In this document: positions 19,002 to 24,000 of the stretch, piece by piece
Position numbering within the stretch: the stretch's first letter is position 1
Layout: every line of letters begins with the position of its first letter
Origin: Candidatus Azosocius aquiferis
GTDB taxonomy: Bacteria > Pseudomonadota > Gammaproteobacteria > UBA6186 > Azoamicaceae
Assembly (NCBI GenBank): GCA_043390185.1
Contig: DAWERO010000001.1
Span: forward strand, 317,692 to 341,691
Direction of reading: 5' to 3'
DNA: 24,000 nt
The notes under the pieces: model-generated
Told to the model about the DNA's origin: nothing
Database searches by the model: none
Seen by the model: only the letters and a program-made list of their open reading frames with translations
Made by a program: the position numbers and the translations under genes

Positions 19002-21806
19002 TTATAAATAAAATCTTTTTTCTCCAGAACCTAAATTTAAAAAACAACGAGAACAAATATAATTATCACTTTTAACACTATATACACGATGCCAACACCT
19101 TTCACACTTAAAATATACTGATTTTTTTATATCAATATAAAATTTAAAATTATAAAAATAATAATAATTAAACCTATTATCAATTAATTTTAAAATAGAA
19201 TTAGAAGTAATAAATAAAAAATTCAATTCATTTTTTATTTTAAATAATAATAAGTATAAATCAATATTACAATATAAATATATATCTAAATCTAAACATG
19301 AACCAATTAAAAAAATTTTTCTATAATTCTCTAAATATTGATTTACCAAATTTTTAATTAAAAAAATAATATTCCAAAAATCAAAAGATAATTTTTCAAA
19401 AAAAATAAAATCAGATATATTATCCCATTTAGATAAAAAAACAGATTTTTCAATATTATTTGGAATATACCCCCAAGCTTCTTCAGAAGTAAAACTTAAA
19501 ATTGGAGAGATCCATTTTATAATAAATTTTAAAATATAAAAAATAGCTGTTTGAGAAGATCTTCTTATTAAACCATCTTTTTTACAAGTATATTGCCTAT
19601 CTTTTATAATATCTAAATAAAACCCACCTAATTCATTAATACAAAAATTTTGAACTTTATGATAAACACCATGAAAATTATAATTATTATAATCAAAAAT
19701 AATGCTTTTTTGTAAATTAATACAATAGCCAACAATCCACTTATCTATTTTTAGCATATTTTTAAAAGAAATCAAATTATTAATTTCAAAATCAAAAATA
19801 TTTGATAATAAAAATTTTATAGTATTTCTAATTTTTCTATAACTTTCTACAATTCTACTTAATATTTCTAAAGATATATTAACATCACACTGAAAATTAG
19901 TAGAAGAAACCCATAATCTTAAAATATCTGCTCCAAAATCATTAATTAATTTTTCAGGAGTAATAATATTACCTAAAGATTTAGACATCTTATTACCAAA
20001 AGAATCTAAAACAAAACCATGAGTTAATACATTTTTATAAGGAGCTATATATTCATTAGCATTAGAAAGTAACAATGAAGTCTGAAACCAACCACGATGT
20101 TGATCAGATCCCTCTAAATATAAATCTAAAGGAAAAAATAATTTATTAAAAAAATTTTTTTGATAATTATAAACAGATCCAGAATCAAACCAAACATCTA
20201 ATATATCAAAAATTTGAAAATAATTTTCATCATTCAATAAAATTGAAATACTATGATGCCTCCATATACTAATCCCATATTTAGAAATCAAATAAAATAA
20301 TTTATCAAAAATAAAAAAAGTATATGGATGAATTTTAGAATTTTTATTCATAAATAAAGATATAGGAACACCCCAAATTCTTTGCCTAGATATACACCAA
20401 TCTGGTCGAGTTTCTATCATAGATTTTATTCTATTTATACCATTATTTGGATACCAATTAACAAAATTAATACTTTCTAAAGAAAATTTTCTTAATTTTT
20501 TTTTTTCCATACTAACAAAAAATTGATATGTTGATCTAAAAATCAAAGGTTTTTTATGTCTCCAACAATGTGGATAACTATGTATAAAATAATTATTAGA
20601 TAATAAACTAAAACTATTTTCTAAAAATTTAATTACAAAATTAGAAAGTAAATCTAAAGATAAATTTTTAAATTCACCAGATAAAACACATTTTCCACTT
20701 TTATCAATAATACTAAAAATTGAAAAACCATATTTTATACCAAGAATATAATCATCATATCCATGACCAGGAGCAATATGAACACATCCAGTTCCAAAAT
20801 CTAAATTTACATGTTTGCTAAAAATAAGAGGAACAATACAATTAATAATAGGATGAATTAATAAAATTTTATTAAAAAAATTTTTTCCAAAACATTTAGA
20901 TATTAATTTATAAAAAATAATTTTACAACGAAATAAAAAAGAATCTAACAAATCATAAGCTACTATTATTCTATTATTAAAAATTTGTATTAAAACATAA
21001 ATAATTTCAAAATTAATAGCAACTCCTTCATTTGCAGGTATAGTCCAAGAAGTTGTTGTCCATATTACAAAATTAAAATTTCCATATCCAAATAAAAAAA
21101 AATTTCTAAATGAGCTTTTATAACATAATTTGATTAAATCAAAATCATATACTAAAAATAAAACATCAATAATTTTAGATTCTTTTTCAAAATATTCTAT
21201 TTCTGCTTCAGCTAAAGCAGATTCACAAAAAATACACCAATATACAGGTTTTTTTCCTCTATAAATATGATTATTTTTTATAATTTTACATAAATTATCA
21301 ATGATACTAGATTCAAATTTATAATTCATTGTCAAATAAATATTTTTCCAATCAGCTAAAATACCTAATCTTATAAAACTAGATTTTTGTTTTTCTACTT
21401 GATAATTAGCATAAGATCTACAAGAAATAATAAATTCCTCATATTTAACATTTAAAGATTTAATTCCTATTTTTTTTTCTACATTTAATTCAATTGGTAA
21501 TCCATGACAATCCCATCCAGGAATATAAAATATTTTTTTTCCTTCCAAAATTTTAAACTTATTAATTATATCTTTCAATATTTTATTTAAAGCATGTCCT
21601 AAATGTATAAACCCATTAGAATATGGAGGCCCATCACAAATTATAAAAACATCATTTATATTATCATTTTCATTAAATTTAACAAAATTATATAAATCCA
21701 TATTTTGCCAATACATAATAATATTAGGTTCATTTATTGGTAAATTTGCTTTCATTTTAAATTTTGTTTTTGGTAAATTTAAAGTATCATTATAATAAAC
21801 ATTCAT
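19002..21806 (-). CDS. ileS: Isoleucyl-tRNA synthetase
   Basis: DGPPYSNGFIHLGHALNKILKDII, IPGWDCHGLPIE, WTTTSWTIPANEGVA, NKMSKSLGNIITPE, C-terminal zinc motif CERCWHR...CSRC. Confidence 0.98.
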   Translation of the reverse strand: MNVYYNDTLNLPKTKFKMKANLPINEPNIIMYWQNMDLYNFVKFNENDNINDVFIICDGPPYSNGFIHLGHALNKILKDIINKFKILEGKKIFYIPGWDCHGLPIELNVEKKIGIKSLNVKYEEFIISCRSYANYQVEKQKSSFIRLGILADWKNIYLTMNYKFESSIIDNLCKIIKNNHIYRGKKPVYWCIFCESALAEAEIEYFEKESKIIDVLFLVYDFDLIKLCYKSSFRNFFLFGYGNFNFVIWTTTSWTIPANEGVAINFEIIYVLIQIFNNRIIVAYDLLDSFLFRCKIIFYKLISKCFGKNFFNKILLIHPIINCIVPLIFSKHVNLDFGTGCVHIAPGHGYDDYILGIKYGFSIFSIIDKSGKCVLSGEFKNLSLDLLSNFVIKFLENSFSLLSNNYFIHSYPHCWRHKKPLIFRSTYQFFVSMEKKKLRKFSLESINFVNWYPNNGINRIKSMIETRPDWCISRQRIWGVPISLFMNKNSKIHPYTFFIFDKLFYLISKYGISIWRHHSISILLNDENYFQIFDILDVWFDSGSVYNYQKNFFNKLFFPLDLYLEGSDQHRGWFQTSLLLSNANEYIAPYKNVLTHGFVLDSFGNKMSKSLGNIITPEKLINDFGADILRLWVSSTNFQCDVNISLEILSRIVESYRKIRNTIKFLLSNIFDFEINNLISFKNMLKIDKWIVGYCINLQKSIIFDYNNYNFHGVYHKVQNFCINELGGFYLDIIKDRQYTCKKDGLIRRSSQTAIFYILKFIIKWISPILSFTSEEAWGYIPNNIEKSVFLSKWDNISDFIFFEKLSFDFWNIIFLIKNLVNQYLENYRKIFLIGSCLDLDIYLYCNIDLYLLLFKIKNELNFLFITSNSILKLIDNRFNYYYFYNFKFYIDIKKSVYFKCERCWHRVYSVKSDNYICSRCFLNLGSGEKRFYL

Positions 21807-21955
21807 GAATAAATCCTATAAAAATTAAATATATTAAAAAATTATAATATAATCATATAAATAATTAACAAAATAATATTTTTTTAAAATATGAAATATA
21901 AATCTTGACTTAAAAAGTATTTTAATACAATATTATATAAATTAACATATAATAT

Positions 21956-21969
21956 GAGGTAGTATTTTG
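21956..21969 (+). promoter_or_regulatory. Translation initiation site of rpsT: GAGG Shine-Dalgarno plus UUG start codon
   Basis: Sequence atgaGGTagtattTTGacaaatttaaaa; GAGG at 21956-21959, 7-nt spacer, TTG at 21967. The nearby ATG at 21954 is followed in frame by AGG TAG, so it cannot be used. Confidence 0.65.
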
Positions 21970-22221
21970 ACAAATTTAAAAAAAAATATAAATCAATCAA
22001 ATAAAAAAAAAGAACATAATTGTAAACTAAAATCAGAAGCTAAAACATATATAAAAAAAGTAATTAAGGCAATAAAAGAAAAAAATCAAATAAATGCTAA
22101 CAAGGAATTTTCAATAGTCTCTTCTAAATTAGATAAATTATCAAAAAAAAATATTATTCATAAAAATACAGCAGCAAGACAGAAAAAAAGAATAAATAAA
22201 AAAATAAAACTAATGAAATAA
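21967..22221 (+). CDS. rpsT: 30S ribosomal protein S20 (TTG start)
   Basis: KTYIKKVIKAIKEKN...ANKEFS...KLDKLSKKNIIHKNTAARQKKRINKKI matches S20 (e.g. GLIHKNKAARHK). Start TTG at 21967-21969 with a GAGG Shine-Dalgarno at 21956-21959; divergent from ileS. Confidence 0.9.
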   Translation: MTNLKKNINQSNKKKEHNCKLKSEAKTYIKKVIKAIKEKNQINANKEFSIVSSKLDKLSKKNIIHKNTAARQKKRINKKIKLMK

Positions 22222-22224
22222 AAA

Positions 22225-23232
22225 TTAAATATAATTATTACTAGATAAAAAAAAAGATATATCTTTACATAACTTTTTTAACCCATATCCTTTTAAAGAT
22301 GAAATAATAAAAATTGGAATTTTATAATAAAAATATATATATTTATATATATATAAAAGTTTATGTCTAGAAATAATATCTGATTTATTTAATACTATCC
22401 AAATATTTTTAAATAAAAAATATTTGTCATATTTTAATAACTCTTTTCTAATAATATTTATATCTTTATTTAAAAATAATATATCATTAGAAGATATATC
22501 TACAATATGAAGTAATAATTTAGATTTTAAAAAATGTTTTAAAAAATTATAACCCAAACCAACTCCTAAAGAAGCATTATTTATTATACCAGGAGTATCA
22601 GCTATGATAAAATTTTTATAATAATAAAAAACTACACCTAATCTAGGATAAATAGTAGTAAAAGGATAATTAGAAATTTTAGATTTCGATAAAGAAATTT
22701 TAACTATTAAAGTAGATTTACCAGAGTTTGGCAAACCAATTAATGCAACATCTGACAAAATTTTTAATTCTAATTTTAATATTTTAAATTCTCCAATTCC
22801 ACCTTGAGAATAATTATAAACATTTTTTTCTAATTTATTTTTAAATTTAAAATTACCAATTCCTTTTAACCCTCCACAAGCTACTAAAACTAATTTATTA
22901 TTAGATAAATCGCCTATAAATTCTTTAGTGTTATAATCAAAAATTTGAGTACCAAAAGGAACCTTTATAATAATATCTCTTCCACATAATCCCTTTAAAT
23001 TTTTACTTTTTCCATTATTTCCATTTTCAGCCTCATAAAATCTTTTAAAAGAAAAATCTATTAAAGTATTAATATTTATATCAGATAATAAATGTACATT
23101 ACCACCATTACCTCCATCCCCACCATCAGGAATTTTAACACTAAAATTATTTTTATCTTTTCTAAAACATATTGATCCATTTCCTCCATTTCCCCCTTTT
23201 ACAAAAAGGACAGCGCTATCTACAAATTTCAT
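22225..23232 (-). CDS. obgE: GTPase ObgE/CgtA
   Basis: MKFVDSAVLFVKGGNGGNGSICFRKDK, GLPNSGKSTLI, FTTIYPRLGVV, ADTPGII, LNKSD; downstream of rplU-rpmA. Confidence 0.97.
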   Translation of the reverse strand: MKFVDSAVLFVKGGNGGNGSICFRKDKNNFSVKIPDGGDGGNGGNVHLLSDININTLIDFSFKRFYEAENGNNGKSKNLKGLCGRDIIIKVPFGTQIFDYNTKEFIGDLSNNKLVLVACGGLKGIGNFKFKNKLEKNVYNYSQGGIGEFKILKLELKILSDVALIGLPNSGKSTLIVKISLSKSKISNYPFTTIYPRLGVVFYYYKNFIIADTPGIINNASLGVGLGYNFLKHFLKSKLLLHIVDISSNDILFLNKDINIIRKELLKYDKYFLFKNIWIVLNKSDIISRHKLLYIYKYIYFYYKIPIFIISSLKGYGLKKLCKDISFFLSSNNYI

Positions 23233-23243
23233 ATAAAAATAAT

Positions 23244-23489
23244 TTAAATAACACTAATTGTTTGACGATTTAAAGATTTTTTAAACATAACACGACCAGA
23301 AATTTTTGCAAATAATGTATCATCTTTTCCTTTACCAACATTTTTTCCAGGATGAAATTTAGTTCCTCTTTGTCTAACTAAAATATTTCCAGAAACCACA
23401 AATTCACTTCCAAATTTTTTTACACCCAACCTTTTAGATTTAGAATCTCTACCATTTTTAGTACTACCACCAGCTTTTTTAGTTGCCAC
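23244..23489 (-). CDS. rpmA: 50S ribosomal protein L27
   Basis: [27 protein letters not shown]...[36 protein letters not shown]. Confidence 0.99.
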   Translation of the reverse strand: MATKKAGGSTKNGRDSKSKRLGVKKFGSEFVVSGNILVRQRGTKFHPGKNVGKGKDDTLFAKISGRVMFKKSLNRQTISVI

Positions 23490-23529
23490 TATTTTATTCC
23501 TTATTTTTTATATAAAATATTAATAATAA

Positions 23530-23850
23530 TTAACATAAATCACTATTAATAGATAAAACTTTTACTTCTGTATACCATTGTCTATAACCCATTTTTTTCA
23601 TATGATGTTTTCTACGTTTAAATTTAATAATATTTATTTTTTCTCCCCTAAAATGATTTAAAATAGATAATTTAACATTACAATTATCAATATATGGTTT
23701 TCCTAAAAAAGATTTATCATTTTTAAACAAAAATAAAACATTCAAAATTTTTATTTCTTCCCCAATTGACAAATTTATTTTATCTATTTTAAAAATTTGA
23801 TTCTCAAAAAGTTTATATTGTTTTCCATAAGCCAAAACAACTGCATACAT
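23530..23850 (-). CDS. rplU: 50S ribosomal protein L21
   Basis: MYAVVLAYGKQYKLFENQIFKIDKI...FKRRKHHMKKMGYRQWYTEVKVLSI; canonical rplU-rpmA-obgE order. Confidence 0.96.
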   Translation of the reverse strand: MYAVVLAYGKQYKLFENQIFKIDKINLSIGEEIKILNVLFLFKNDKSFLGKPYIDNCNVKLSILNHFRGEKINIIKFKRRKHHMKKMGYRQWYTEVKVLSINSDLC

Positions 23851-24000
23851 ATTTATTATTCCTAAAATAACATCTACAAATTTATTATTTTACAAAAAAA
23901 TAATGTAAGTATCAAGTAATATTAATATATATATTTTTATAACTATAACTTGATAACACACTATATTTAATTGTATAGTTCATAAATTATAAAAATAAAA

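Noticed and set aside
1-24000. Alternative genetic code (UGA = Trp) as in some tiny symbionts
   Set aside because: Trp codons are TGG throughout, and TGA terminates several genes (rpmE at 6632-6634, rsmE at 12831-12833, rsmA/ksgA at 16183-16185).
1-24000. CRISPR arrays, transposons, phage or defence islands
   Set aside because: No spaced direct repeats, IS-like inverted repeats, transposase or integrase motifs; nearly every base is explained by housekeeping genes. Repetitive-looking stretches are only poly-A/T and AT low complexity.
23851-24000. Repeated 'taacttgataaca'/'atcaagtaatatta' motifs upstream of rplU
   Set aside because: Two approximate occurrences in AT-rich sequence could be promoter elements, but are too weak to support a call.

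Overview
This window is a densely packed, very AT-rich bacterial chromosome segment. It looks like a strongly reduced, probably endosymbiotic, gammaproteobacterial genome using the standard bacterial code (TGG for Trp, TGA as stop). The minus strand starts with the str-S10 block (rpsL-rpsG-fusA-tuf-rpsJ-rplC-rplD-rplW-rplB'). Other minus-strand genes are a DegP/Q/S-type protease, hemL, hemJ, ruvX, a frame-disrupted rsmE, fdxA, tRNA-Lys(TTT), aspS, ileS, obgE, rpmA and rplU. The plus strand carries rpmE, a short malic enzyme, a 51-aa CHCC zinc-finger ORF missed by the track, tyrS, surA, ksgA, apaH and rpsT. There is no mobile element, CRISPR array, phage or defence cassette. The best second-look items are: (1) apaH is intact as an ORF, but nearly all of its metallophosphatase metal-ligand motifs are substituted, so it may be a pseudoenzyme; (2) rsmE is split exactly at TTT|TAA and joins perfectly with a +1 shift; (3) RuvX has lost active-site residues; (4) the unannotated zf-CHCC mini-gene abuts hemL; (5) tRNA-Lys overlaps the apaH stop codon antisense; (6) lagging-strand genes show extreme Lys/Asn/Ile drift; (7) the gene content (malic enzyme, hemL+hemJ, FdxA, no amino-acid biosynthesis) points to a respiratory/energy lifestyle rather than an amino-acid-provisioning one. 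Assignment to an Azoamicus-like protist-symbiont lineage is only a hypothesis.
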